This document shows, piece by piece, positions 1-8,839 of a DNA stretch of 25,147 nt. A program made the position numbers and the translations under genes. The stretch's first letter is position 1. Every line of letters starts with the position of its first letter. The notes beneath the pieces were generated by a model. It was not told the origin of the DNA and ran no database searches. It was given only the letters and a program-made list of their open reading frames with translations. The stretch is from a virus (taxonomy: Duplodnaviria; Caudoviricetes), in the IMG/VR virus record IMGVR_UViG_3300011444_000143, positions 1-25,147 of that record; one strand, written 5' to 3'.

Positions 1-240
1 GAGAAGCCGAGCGAAGACGGCGGCGATCAGCAAATCATGCAGACGATCGCCAACGGCGTGATCGTCGGGACAAACGTGCCCTACGCCAGCGTCCACAACA
101 ACGGCAACGCCAAACGCGGGATTCCCAAGCGGCAGTTTTTGCCCAAGGAAGCTCCGACGGTCTGGTTGCAGAGGTGGGCGGCGGTGGCGAATCAGGCTTT
201 ACTGGCGGCGGCTCGAATGGCTTTCCAGGTGAGGGCATGA
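1..240 (+). CDS. Phage virion morphogenesis protein (Mu gpG-like), 5'-truncated by the window edge
   Basis: Frame is open from base 1. Motifs VIVGTNVPYASVHN.G and IPKRQFL are typical of the family. Stop overlaps the next ATG (ATGA 237-240). Confidence 0.8.
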   Translation, partial: EKPSEDGGDQQIMQTIANGVIVGTNVPYASVHNNGNAKRGIPKRQFLPKEAPTVWLQRWAAVANQALLAAARMAFQVRA

Positions 241-800
241 AAGCCGCTGAAAAAAACCTTTTGATCGCGGTTCGCAATCGCTTGCGACTACCTGTTGCCG
301 TCGGCGGTGGAGGATTCTCGGAGAACGAATGCCAAGTCGAATACGATGCAATGGTCGCCCCCGCAACGTCGTCGGATCGCTATGTCGTCGTAGTGCCAAA
401 CGGATGGCAGCCGGGGCCGTACCACGGAAAACAAGGCGATAAGAACGACCTCCTTTATTCCGTTGACGTGACGGTAGTGAGGCGAGCGACCAGCACTCCC
501 AGGGATCGGACGCGAGAAATCGCCCTGACTAATTTCGGATCGCTGGCCGACGAAATGGATTTGATTTTTCAGGCCATCGATTGGAAATATGAAGTGACTA
601 CGGCGGCGGAAGTTTTGATTGCAGCACAACCTGGACTGCCGGCCGTTGTGGGCTTCATGCACCCGCTTGTGTTCGCCGGGATGGACCCAAAGCCGCGGCC
701 CTATATGGCTTCCGGGTTTGGCGGAGCCGAAGGCGTGATCGCCGGAATATCACGAACGATTCATTTTGCAAACGCCAGAAGGATGACGGTGAAGACATGA
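237..800 (+). CDS. Putative tail completion/terminator-like structural protein
   Basis: ATGA-coupled at both ends (start MKAAEKNLL, 187 aa). Lies between the gpG-like gene and the tube gene. Function is inferred from position only. Confidence 0.5.
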   Translation: MKAAEKNLLIAVRNRLRLPVAVGGGGFSENECQVEYDAMVAPATSSDRYVVVVPNGWQPGPYHGKQGDKNDLLYSVDVTVVRRATSTPRDRTREIALTNFGSLADEMDLIFQAIDWKYEVTTAAEVLIAAQPGLPAVVGFMHPLVFAGMDPKPRPYMASGFGGAEGVIAGISRTIHFANARRMTVKT

Positions 801-1219
801 GTGACCAACTTATTATCCCAAGCGACCGCACCAACAAGCAGCCCGTCGCGTGCATTTGCCGCAACCCGGAGTGCTTGGAAAATAGCAACGATCCGCACTT
901 CGCGTTTGTTACCGACAAGACACCGATCGAGTGCCCGAAGTGCGGCGCAAATCAGTCGCCGATGGTCGGCTTGCTGTCGCTTGTGCATTTCCTCTATCGC
1001 GAGAAAAAGGGCCCGATTGTCGGCTACGGCGGCCTGCGTTACGCCCTGGCGTGCAGCTCGACGCGAGCCTATTTGGCGACGAACTCAAATCAAGAGGCGG
1101 CTACCGGCGACTTCGCGTCGGTCAATTGCCCCGGTTGCCTGAAAAATGCGATCGACAAAAAACTTGTTCCCATCACCGGCTGGGCACTTCAGCAGCCGAC
1201 TTTTGACGAGAAAGTGTAG
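797..1219 (+). CDS. Hypothetical Zn-finger protein
   Basis: 140 aa with CxCRNPEC, CPKC and CPGC motifs; ATGA-coupled to the upstream gene. Confidence 0.7.
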   Translation: MSDQLIIPSDRTNKQPVACICRNPECLENSNDPHFAFVTDKTPIECPKCGANQSPMVGLLSLVHFLYREKKGPIVGYGGLRYALACSSTRAYLATNSNQEAATGDFASVNCPGCLKNAIDKKLVPITGWALQQPTFDEKV

Positions 1220-1225
1220 GCTCAC

Positions 1226-1702
1226 ATGGCCTTTCTTGCTGGCCGATATACCGCGACGTGGAATAGCTTGGCCCTCGGTCAAACTGCCGATGGGTTCCGG
1301 CTTAGTCACTCGTTTTTCAAACGGCTGATCACCGGCGATGCCTTCGCTCAAGCCCCTCAGGACGGCATCTATCAAGGTGCTGAAGTGTTCATTGCAGGGC
1401 GGCTGATCGCTTACGACACGGCCGCGATGCCTACGATCATGTGGCCATATGCGGCCACGTTTCTCGACATGGGCGTGATCGGACGCACGGATGTTGGCGG
1501 CTCGGTGGCAAAGTCGCTGATCTTGACGGCCGTGGCCGGTACGCCATCCGCGGCGGCCCCGGCGTCGCTCACGTTGCCGCTATCCATTCTGGCGGAAGGT
1601 TTCCCCGTCGAATTGCTGTTCGCACCTGATCTACGGGAAGTGCCGTTACGGCAGCGGGTGTACCCCAACGGAACTACCGGCGTATTCGGAACGCAGACGT
1701 GA
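1226..1702 (+). CDS. Putative major tail (tube) protein
   Basis: 158 aa, beta-rich, with an N-terminal LGQTADG motif resembling the LG.T.dG of tail tube proteins; position fits. Confidence 0.6.
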   Translation: MAFLAGRYTATWNSLALGQTADGFRLSHSFFKRLITGDAFAQAPQDGIYQGAEVFIAGRLIAYDTAAMPTIMWPYAATFLDMGVIGRTDVGGSVAKSLILTAVAGTPSAAAPASLTLPLSILAEGFPVELLFAPDLREVPLRQRVYPNGTTGVFGTQT

Positions 1703-1711
1703 TAACTACGC

Positions 1712-3001
1712 ATGGCCGAACAACTAGAAGTCATATTCGTCGATCAGGCCGGGGCTTCCACAACCCCACGACAGAGCCCGTCTGCGCCGGATGACAGCGG
1801 CAATTCATCGCCAAGCCGCACTCCCGGTCCCGCTGATCGCGTCGTTGGCCCGAAGAAGCCTGACAGTCAGGGTATTGGGAGAGATTTAGAAAACGCCGCT
1901 CAGAGGATCGCAAATGCTCTGGGGATTGGCGGGTTAACTGGAACCGCTCTGGAACTTCGGAAGGCGTTTAGCCGGCTGTATGAGTCGGTGACGTCGGCGG
2001 AGAAGGCGGTGGAGTCAAAGCGGCGGGCGGATAGCGGCAATGGCAGCACTGGCGTTAGCGGTGAAGTGAAGGGACCGGTTAAGCCTGTTCCAAAGCCAGG
2101 AGATATTGAAGCCCCGCCAGTCATTAGGAAGCCGCTCAATCCGTCAGTGCCCAACGTCGGCACATTCGAGCGACAGGCGGCGAAGGGTGATATTGCGGGA
2201 CCGGCAGTGTCGCAGGCTGTGCGAGGGCCAACGCCGAACATTGGTTGGTTTGAAAGGATGACTGCGGCGCGGGGTGGCGCTGCGGCTCCGCCTGTGAGTG
2301 GTTCGGGAATACCGCCAGCGGTTCCAGGTGTGCCAGTTGCTCCGCCCGTGGTGGGGCCGATGGCCGGTGCGGGGACTGCGGCGAGCGGGATGGCGAGATT
2401 GGCGGCGGCGGCCGGGCCAGCGGCGTTGGCTGTGGCAGGCATTGCGGGAGCCATCGCGGCGGGCGTTGTCGTCATCAAAAAGACATTCGCAGCCATCGAC
2501 AAAGAAACGGAGCGATTGTCGGGATATTCAGGGGCGTTGGCTGGCGCTCAAGCACGGGCTGAGATTCGCCAGTTGGGCGCGGATATGCGGCGGGCTCAGC
2601 GGATTGGTCCGCAGTTGGCGAGGGCGAGAGATTTCACGTCGTCAGTCGAGACGAAAATTGCGGATTTGAAGACGAGCATGTTGAAGTTTGGACTCGATGT
2701 ATCAGAGGGGATCGGCGGTATCCCGAAAGCACTCGGCGATGCGAATTCAAAAATAGAGGACGCATTCAAAATTCTGGTTGCCGAAGCGACGGGAACCAAA
2801 GAAGAGGCGAAGGAAGTGCGAAAGCAACTCGAAAAAATGCGTGCCGAAGCGGAGCGGGCTCGCAAGAAGGCAGAGGAAAAAGACGCGCTTATGAATTTCG
2901 GCGACGACTTCATGGATGCGTTTCTCGGTCAATTCACAGGGGGCATGTCGTCGCAAGATCGCCGCAGGGCAGCAAGGGACGCCGCTATGGTGAGAAAATG
3001 A
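1712..3001 (+). CDS. Putative short tape-measure-like protein
   Basis: 429 aa, Ala/Gly-rich, with a hydrophobic AGPAALAVAGIAGAIAAGVVVI segment and a charged helical C-terminal half; follows the tube gene. Confidence 0.5.
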   Translation: MAEQLEVIFVDQAGASTTPRQSPSAPDDSGNSSPSRTPGPADRVVGPKKPDSQGIGRDLENAAQRIANALGIGGLTGTALELRKAFSRLYESVTSAEKAVESKRRADSGNGSTGVSGEVKGPVKPVPKPGDIEAPPVIRKPLNPSVPNVGTFERQAAKGDIAGPAVSQAVRGPTPNIGWFERMTAARGGAAAPPVSGSGIPPAVPGVPVAPPVVGPMAGAGTAASGMARLAAAAGPAALAVAGIAGAIAAGVVVIKKTFAAIDKETERLSGYSGALAGAQARAEIRQLGADMRRAQRIGPQLARARDFTSSVETKIADLKTSMLKFGLDVSEGIGGIPKALGDANSKIEDAFKILVAEATGTKEEAKEVRKQLEKMRAEAERARKKAEEKDALMNFGDDFMDAFLGQFTGGMSSQDRRRAARDAAMVRK

Positions 3002-3009
3002 GCGACAGT

Positions 3010-3513
3010 CTAATTGTTGCCAGGCGGCGGAGTCTTACTGTCGATGGATGCAGCGGCATTCGCGATATTAAAAAGCACGATCATTGCCTCAAGTGCAACG
3101 CGAGCCCACAACAGGCCGATCACGGTCGATATGATTGTCACGACAAACATGAACGCACGCATAAAGAGCAATCGAACCTCAAGGCTAACCGTCGAGTCCT
3201 TTATCTCGCGCAACGGCATTGCGCCGTAGCCCGCAGAGCCTCTGATTTCTCCGAATCCCTTTTGCGGCATGGACGCTATGATGCCGACGGTTGCGGCGGT
3301 AATCCACAGGCCGGCAATCACCACCACCAAAACCCATGTGACCTTCACGATAATCGGGGTGACGTACTTCTCAAATTTGAAGTCGAAAATATCGAAAAGC
3401 GATGTAGCCATCGTCATGCCGCCGCGATTAACGTGACGCCGGTACGACGATGGCTGGCCAGGGGAAACGACAACAAGCGGTGGCGGCACTGGAGGGATGT
3501 TGGAACTGCTCAT
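3010..3513 (-). CDS. DUF4282-like membrane protein (antisense insert)
   Basis: FDFKFEKYVTPIIVKVTWVL...RVALEAMIVLFNIA with two hydrophobic segments matches the DUF4282 pattern as recalled. It fills the gap between two + strand genes. Confidence 0.75.
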   Translation of the reverse strand: MSSSNIPPVPPPLVVVSPGQPSSYRRHVNRGGMTMATSLFDIFDFKFEKYVTPIIVKVTWVLVVVIAGLWITAATVGIIASMPQKGFGEIRGSAGYGAMPLREIKDSTVSLEVRLLFMRAFMFVVTIISTVIGLLWARVALEAMIVLFNIANAAASIDSKTPPPGNN

Positions 3514-3563
3514 ATCTTCGCATCCTGCGCCATCTCTCCCGGAAAAGCAACTGAGGTGGCGGC

Positions 3564-5276
3564 ATGAGCTTCGCGCATCTCGCTACAATCGGCACGCTTT
3601 CCTACAACGGATATGCCTTCGACGGGGCCAGCGGCGTCAAAGTAAACGTCGAATTCGTGAAGGATGACGCCGAGCGAACCATCGTCTATAGCCAACACAC
3701 AATTGAAGTTCATACCTTCGTTTCGGACTCAGCCAGCACTGACGGACAACTCGAAAACATCCGCGCCAGACTGAACCATCCAGGACAAGCGTTCATCTTT
3801 GTAAATAAGGGGTTTGGGGATGATTTGATCGTCAATGCCAATGGTGGCGCGGGCGTGCGGGACGTGAAATGGGGTCCGATGCCGGAAATGCTCTACTGGG
3901 AGCCAGTTGGGTCGGCCGGTGCTTGCGAGGTGATTTGGAAAGTAGTTGTCTGCGTCCCATGCTGTGGGAACGGTTTAAGCGACCGCACAGCCGGCGTGAT
4001 GGCTTTCAATTTTGGCGTCGATATTGCGATTGACATTCGCGGCCTGTCAACGCGGACAATCGACGGCTATATCGAAATCGCTCAAACGCGAGGGGCAGGA
4101 AAAACCGTTCCCGACTGCGCCGACAATTACCGCTTTATGATCCAGCCGGATTTGCCGAATGGATTCCAGCGCGAACAGCACTGGGCAATTTCACCCAGCA
4201 AAAGCCGAGTCACGTTCACAATCACCGACCGCCAGCTACCTACCAAAAACCCCTACCCGCAACTCGTTACCAACATTCGCGGCAACCACCGCACGGCATG
4301 GAGGAGGGGACCGCAGGCGGCTTTTTTACTCAACTCGATCTCACTGGACATCGAGCTTGCATTAGGTGCTCCGCAGGCGTTGGCCTATAAGTTATTCGGG
4401 GGACTCATTAAAGCCCGCGTCGATTATGCGGCCCGCCAAGGGTTAATTGCATTTTTGGATGAAGTAGCGGCAGACGAAGAAATTTTCGGGTTAGGCTACT
4501 CATTTGGCTGTAGCTATCGGCTGCTAACTGACATCGGATCAGTACTGGCACAAAGCACCGGCGATGTGGCAAATGCAAATCCGAGCATTTCGGCAAACAC
4601 TTACGACTTCTCGCGAACCGGACAATGGCAGCCGGTTGGGACCGATTGGAGATTGTGGCGGGGCTCGCTGTCTCACGTCTCTGGGGAGAGGGGTTTGGCG
4701 GGCCTGACCGTCCCCGCGCAGAACGACGTAATCGTTGATCTCTGTGACGCTGGTTTAACTGTTTCAACTAGCAGCACGCAACAGCCAAACATTATTCCGG
4801 TTCAGGTCACGGTTCCGACAGTCCGAAACATAAAACCACCGCCACGACAAAGCTATCTGTCCTACCGCCAGCGAGCCGTCATTCGTCACCAAAAGTACGT
4901 CGCCCGCCAAAAGCCGATGCAAGCCGGCCAAAAGCCGAAAGCTGTTGGCGACATGATGGCCCCGGATCGAGCCGACTTCAGCATCGGAGCCGCTTCAAGT
5001 AGCATCACTCCATTCCCGGACGTGTTGCAAGAGTCGGGAGCTGGGAGTTTTCAAGTCGCCTACATCGGCTCAGCCGAGCGAGTGGGCTACGAAATCCCGC
5101 GGCCAAACATTCAAAGCGTCGGCGGGCAAACTCCCGTCGAAGTCGAGTCAATTTTTGACATGGAACAAACCGGCGTCACGTTCGGCGTGCCTGTGTTCCG
5201 TGCCAATTGGTACATCGTTTACGAACTACCTGGGGCTCCCGGCCAAGCGTCGGGACCGCCAAAACTTCAAGCCTAA
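3564..5276 (+). CDS. Hypothetical virion (tail-associated) protein
   Basis: 570 aa ORF with GAGGTG RBS, beta-rich, inside the structural module; no family recognised. Confidence 0.65.
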   Translation: MSFAHLATIGTLSYNGYAFDGASGVKVNVEFVKDDAERTIVYSQHTIEVHTFVSDSASTDGQLENIRARLNHPGQAFIFVNKGFGDDLIVNANGGAGVRDVKWGPMPEMLYWEPVGSAGACEVIWKVVVCVPCCGNGLSDRTAGVMAFNFGVDIAIDIRGLSTRTIDGYIEIAQTRGAGKTVPDCADNYRFMIQPDLPNGFQREQHWAISPSKSRVTFTITDRQLPTKNPYPQLVTNIRGNHRTAWRRGPQAAFLLNSISLDIELALGAPQALAYKLFGGLIKARVDYAARQGLIAFLDEVAADEEIFGLGYSFGCSYRLLTDIGSVLAQSTGDVANANPSISANTYDFSRTGQWQPVGTDWRLWRGSLSHVSGERGLAGLTVPAQNDVIVDLCDAGLTVSTSSTQQPNIIPVQVTVPTVRNIKPPPRQSYLSYRQRAVIRHQKYVARQKPMQAGQKPKAVGDMMAPDRADFSIGAASSSITPFPDVLQESGAGSFQVAYIGSAERVGYEIPRPNIQSVGGQTPVEVESIFDMEQTGVTFGVPVFRANWYIVYELPGAPGQASGPPKLQA

Positions 5277-5281
5277 TCACC

Positions 5282-5713
5282 ATGCCAACCAACCCCATCC
5301 AACTCGAAGACGGCCTTCTCCGCTTCACGATCCTGAACCGCGAAACCGGCGAATCGGTAAATCACTCGCTCGACGTGCTACTCCTGCGGCTCACCTGCCA
5401 GGAGTGCGAAGCCCTGCACAATCTCCAAGTCGAGAACGGCAGCTACGTCGTCACCGCCGCTTACCTGGCGGACCTGACCAGCCGCATCGCGGGCCTGGGC
5501 GTCCCCGAATGCACCGCCTCGATCGCCTATCAACTCTGGGGTGCGAGCGTTCGCGAGATTGACGCTTTGCAAAAAAAAACGAACGAGACGCAGAGCTTGC
5601 CTACTGGTTCGGAATCCAACCAGCAGCCGAGCGGCGAACCATCGGCGGAATCGACCTCACCGCCACCAATCAACCCACCATCAATCAGCGACTCGGAATC
5701 TGGACAAACCTAG
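5282..5713 (+). CDS. Tail assembly chaperone (gpG-like, unshifted product, 143 aa)
   Basis: ATG 5 nt after the previous stop. Contains LQKK encoded by an A9 run (5571-5579), followed by a low-complexity S/P/T/E tail typical of unshifted chaperones. Confidence 0.7.
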   Translation: MPTNPIQLEDGLLRFTILNRETGESVNHSLDVLLLRLTCQECEALHNLQVENGSYVVTAAYLADLTSRIAGLGVPECTASIAYQLWGASVREIDALQKKTNETQSLPTGSESNQQPSGEPSAESTSPPPINPPSISDSESGQT

Positions 5714-5892
5714 ACCGCTGCCAAGCTCAGCAAACAATTCACACCGGGAACTACGAACCAACGAACATGAGCCAAGTTTACGACCTCTACATCACGGCCT
5801 ACGGCGATGAGAACTTGGCACAGCGGGCCAGGTCGCGAGCAGCGGAAGCGTATGCGGACAAGATGATAGCCGAGAGACGGAAAGCGGGATAA
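5282..5892 (+). CDS. Tail assembly chaperone gpGT-like -1 frameshift product (~203 aa), join(5282..5578,5578..5892)
   Basis: The -1 frame after A_AAA_AAA reads NERDAELAYWFGIQP...AERRKAG* and stops at TAA 5890-5892, 3 nt before the portal ATG. It is absent from the supplied ORF track. Confidence 0.75.
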
Positions 5893-5895
5893 ACG

Positions 5896-7818
5896 ATGCA
5901 ATTCCTTGGATTCAATTTTGGTTCGACGAAGAAGAAGCCGCTTGTCACCGATGCGCCGGCAACCAGCGGCTATGAGCCGATCAAATACACGCAATGGTTC
6001 ATGCGTCCGCGCGACCTGCCGCCGTTTTCGTTTAGCACGATCTTGGCGATGATGCTCGACCCGACGATCCGCCTCGGACTGGCCATGCGATCTGCTCCGC
6101 TGTTCGGCTGTGAGTTTTCCTATCAAAAAGAGGGCAGTGACGAATGGACTCCGGGCATCAAGGCCAACAACCCGCTAGTGGCCGCTTTCGTGCTGCGTCA
6201 ATTTAAAAAGATTTGGCACGACCTGGATGCTCTTGTGCCGGCACAGCAATGGGGCTGGGCCGCGGCGGAAGTGCAATTGTGCTTTACCGAGCACCGAGCG
6301 ATTGAAGTTGATCGGCTGATTCCCCGCCACAGCAACGACACTCGCGCGTTAGTCCGCGACGGCGAAGTCTGCGGTGTGCGATTTCTGCGGATCAAGCACA
6401 GCGAGAAGGGTTACGTTGACCTGCCGTTCCCGAAGGCGATTTTCCACAGTTATGCTCCTGACCCTGGCTGTGAGTATGGCAACTCAGTGCTGAACGGTGC
6501 TTATTCACCGTGGGGCGACAAATGGCTCAACGGCGGGGCTCTCGACACTCGCCGGCTGTTCATGCACAAGGATGCGTACGGCGGCGGCGACATGGGGTAT
6601 CCGCCAGGGACGACGAACATTGCCGGCAAGGGAGCGGTCCCGAATCGTGACATCGCCCGCGAGATTGTGGAGCAATATCAGGCGGGGTCAGTCACGACGC
6701 GGCCGAGCCAACTTGACCCGACAACCGGCAAGGAATTATGGCCGTTCACTCGTGCCACCGTGCCGAGCAATCCGCAGCACATTTTGCAGTACCCGAAAGA
6801 CTTGGACACCGAAGAACTTCGCGGAATGGAGATCCCCGACGAAGTATTTATGCCGAGCGAGGCCGGCACGACGGGGTATAGCGGCAAGTCGATCCCGATG
6901 CAGGGTTTTTATACTGGGCTCGATCGGTGGATGATTCGCATGGTGGGCGATGTTGACCGCCAGGTGGTGCGACCGCTTGTGGCACATCGTTTCGGGCCAG
7001 GGCAGGTTTATGAGGTGACGACGAAGCCGCTCGGCAAGCAGGCGATGGAGAATCAGGGTGACGGGAAAGCGAATGCCGGATCGCAGCCGAGCGTATTTGC
7101 TGGCGGATGGGGGCGGGATGGTGATGATGATGGGCAGCGGGGTGAAGGCGGGAGCGGTGGCGGGCAACAGCCGCCACGGATTGGCCAGCGGATGAGTTTG
7201 GACCCGGTTGCTGCGGTCGGCGAGGGCGTGCTATCGGCAGCGGAGCTGGTGAAGGCGGCGAAGCATGTGATCGACGGCCGCGTGACTCGCCTGTCAACCG
7301 ACGCTCATCAATACAGCTCGACGCAATTCAACCTGACCGGCGATTTAGCTTTTCAGGTGCGGGAGCTTGGCTACCGTATTGCGTTCGATGACCTTGCGGA
7401 AGACGGCCGCGAAGAGAATCCGCATATCACGGTTAAATTTGGTTTGCACACAAACGACGCGGAAGAAGTTCGCACCGCCATGGCTGACAAGTCACCCGTC
7501 GCCGTGCAATTCGGGCCAGCGTCCTATTTCGCCAGCGACGAATATGACGTCGTGAAAATCGACGTGATCGGCAAGGGACTGCGAGAACTAAACGCGGCAA
7601 TCGCGGAAGCCCTGCCAAACACCGAGACGCATCCCGAGTACACGCCGCATGTCACGATCGCTTATGTGAAACCGGGACTGGGCGAGAAATACGCCGCCAC
7701 GTTGAACGACATGGAAGGGCGAACGGCTGTTTTCGACAGGCTGACGTTCTCGGACAATAACCGCGTTCACACGTCGATTCCGTTAACCGCCAAGGCGATT
7801 CGATTTTCGGCCGAATGA
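5896..7818 (+). CDS. Portal protein (DUF935/Mu gp29-like) fused to a C-terminal 2H phosphoesterase (Acb1-like) domain
   Basis: Portal motifs MLDPTIRLGLAMRS, AQQWGWAAAEV and PKAIFHSY..EYGNSVLNGAYSPW..K, then a Gly-rich linker, then two HxT motifs: PHITVKFG (His510) and PHVTIAY (His585). MuF follows. Confidence 0.85.
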   Translation: MQFLGFNFGSTKKKPLVTDAPATSGYEPIKYTQWFMRPRDLPPFSFSTILAMMLDPTIRLGLAMRSAPLFGCEFSYQKEGSDEWTPGIKANNPLVAAFVLRQFKKIWHDLDALVPAQQWGWAAAEVQLCFTEHRAIEVDRLIPRHSNDTRALVRDGEVCGVRFLRIKHSEKGYVDLPFPKAIFHSYAPDPGCEYGNSVLNGAYSPWGDKWLNGGALDTRRLFMHKDAYGGGDMGYPPGTTNIAGKGAVPNRDIAREIVEQYQAGSVTTRPSQLDPTTGKELWPFTRATVPSNPQHILQYPKDLDTEELRGMEIPDEVFMPSEAGTTGYSGKSIPMQGFYTGLDRWMIRMVGDVDRQVVRPLVAHRFGPGQVYEVTTKPLGKQAMENQGDGKANAGSQPSVFAGGWGRDGDDDGQRGEGGSGGGQQPPRIGQRMSLDPVAAVGEGVLSAAELVKAAKHVIDGRVTRLSTDAHQYSSTQFNLTGDLAFQVRELGYRIAFDDLAEDGREENPHITVKFGLHTNDAEEVRTAMADKSPVAVQFGPASYFASDEYDVVKIDVIGKGLRELNAAIAEALPNTETHPEYTPHVTIAYVKPGLGEKYAATLNDMEGRTAVFDRLTFSDNNRVHTSIPLTAKAIRFSAE

Positions 7819-7819
7819 C

Positions 7820-8839
7820 ATGCCCGAAGCCAAAAACAAAGCGACGAATCTAATCATCGGTACCGGTCTGATCACCGCCGAAACGATTGCGTCCGAACTC
7901 CGCGCCCGCCTCACCCGCTACCTCGGCAGCCAGTGGCGTTATCTCTCTCATCAAGAGTTAATGGCCCGCGCCCGCACCATCCTGTCGGAATTTGAGCCGA
8001 TCCTCGCAGAAAATTTCGCAGCGACGGACCTCGCCGCCTTCCTCGCCGGCTTCGACGACGTTGCCCGCAAACTCCCCGGCTTTGCCATCGACGCTTTCGG
8101 CAGTCGAATGGGCGGGCCACCGCGACCACCTGGCGGAATCATCCTGCCGAGCTGGTATGAAGGAGACGACGAGCCGATTGTCGAATTCCCGCTGATCCAA
8201 AAGGCGGCGGAGAAGCTGGCACAGAAAAACATCCTCACGCGGTACGAATTTGACCGGGCCAGCCAAGCGGCGAAGAATCAGGCGTTCACCGTGGCGGGTG
8301 ATATGACTCGCGATACGCTCGAAACGATTCGGGACGTGTTGAGTGAGACGGTGGATGAGGGGGCGAGTTTGGAAGGGTTTCGGCGGAACTTGGGGGAGCG
8401 AATCGAGAAGTCATTCATCGGGCCGGGGCACCTGGAAACTGTTTTTAGGACGGGAGTGCAGGGGGCGTTCGCCGAAGGGCACGACACGCTGGCCGATCAT
8501 CCCATCGTCGATGAGCTATTCCCGTACATGGAGATTTTGCCGATCCACGATGCGAGGGCACGGCCAACGCACCAATCGCTCGCTCACCTTGGATTGAGCA
8601 GCACTGGAATCTACAGGCGAGATGACAAAGCGTTTTGGCAGATTTTTCGGCCGCCGATCGAGTGGAATTGTCGATGCGGAGTGAACTTGCTGACGATTGA
8701 AGCAGCGGCCCGCGCGGGCGTGGCGGAGGCGAGCGAATGGCTCAGGACGGGCTATCGTCCTCCAATGATTAGTCGCTTGCCGTTTATTCCTTGGCGGCCA
8801 GACCCGAAGTTCGTTGGCGTTGGGAGGGTTGCGGCGTGA
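7820..8839 (+). CDS. Head morphogenesis protein MuF (Mu gpF/SPP1 gp7 family)
   Basis: AFTVAG, HLETVFRTGVQGAFAEG, DARARPTH and PPIEWNCRC motifs; immediately after the portal. Confidence 0.9.
   Translation: MPEAKNKATNLIIGTGLITAETIASELRARLTRYLGSQWRYLSHQELMARARTILSEFEPILAENFAATDLAAFLAGFDDVARKLPGFAIDAFGSRMGGPPRPPGGIILPSWYEGDDEPIVEFPLIQKAAEKLAQKNILTRYEFDRASQAAKNQAFTVAGDMTRDTLETIRDVLSETVDEGASLEGFRRNLGERIEKSFIGPGHLETVFRTGVQGAFAEGHDTLADHPIVDELFPYMEILPIHDARARPTHQSLAHLGLSSTGIYRRDDKAFWQIFRPPIEWNCRCGVNLLTIEAAARAGVAEASEWLRTGYRPPMISRLPFIPWRPDPKFVGVGRVAA

Noticed and set aside
2998-3567. 189-aa + strand ORF with ATGA overlaps at both ends
   Set aside because: H/R/C/D-rich composition is what the antisense of a TM gene produces, and the minus-strand DUF4282-like ORF is more convincing. 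The double overlap is curious, so it is not absolutely excluded.
5541-5810. +1-frame ORF as the frameshift extension
   Set aside because: R/P-rich shadow sequence ending 85 nt before the portal; the -1 frame fits the slippery heptamer and fills the gap.
7820-8839. MuF polymorphic toxin
   Set aside because: The protein ends about 45-50 aa after NCRC with no catalytic extension.
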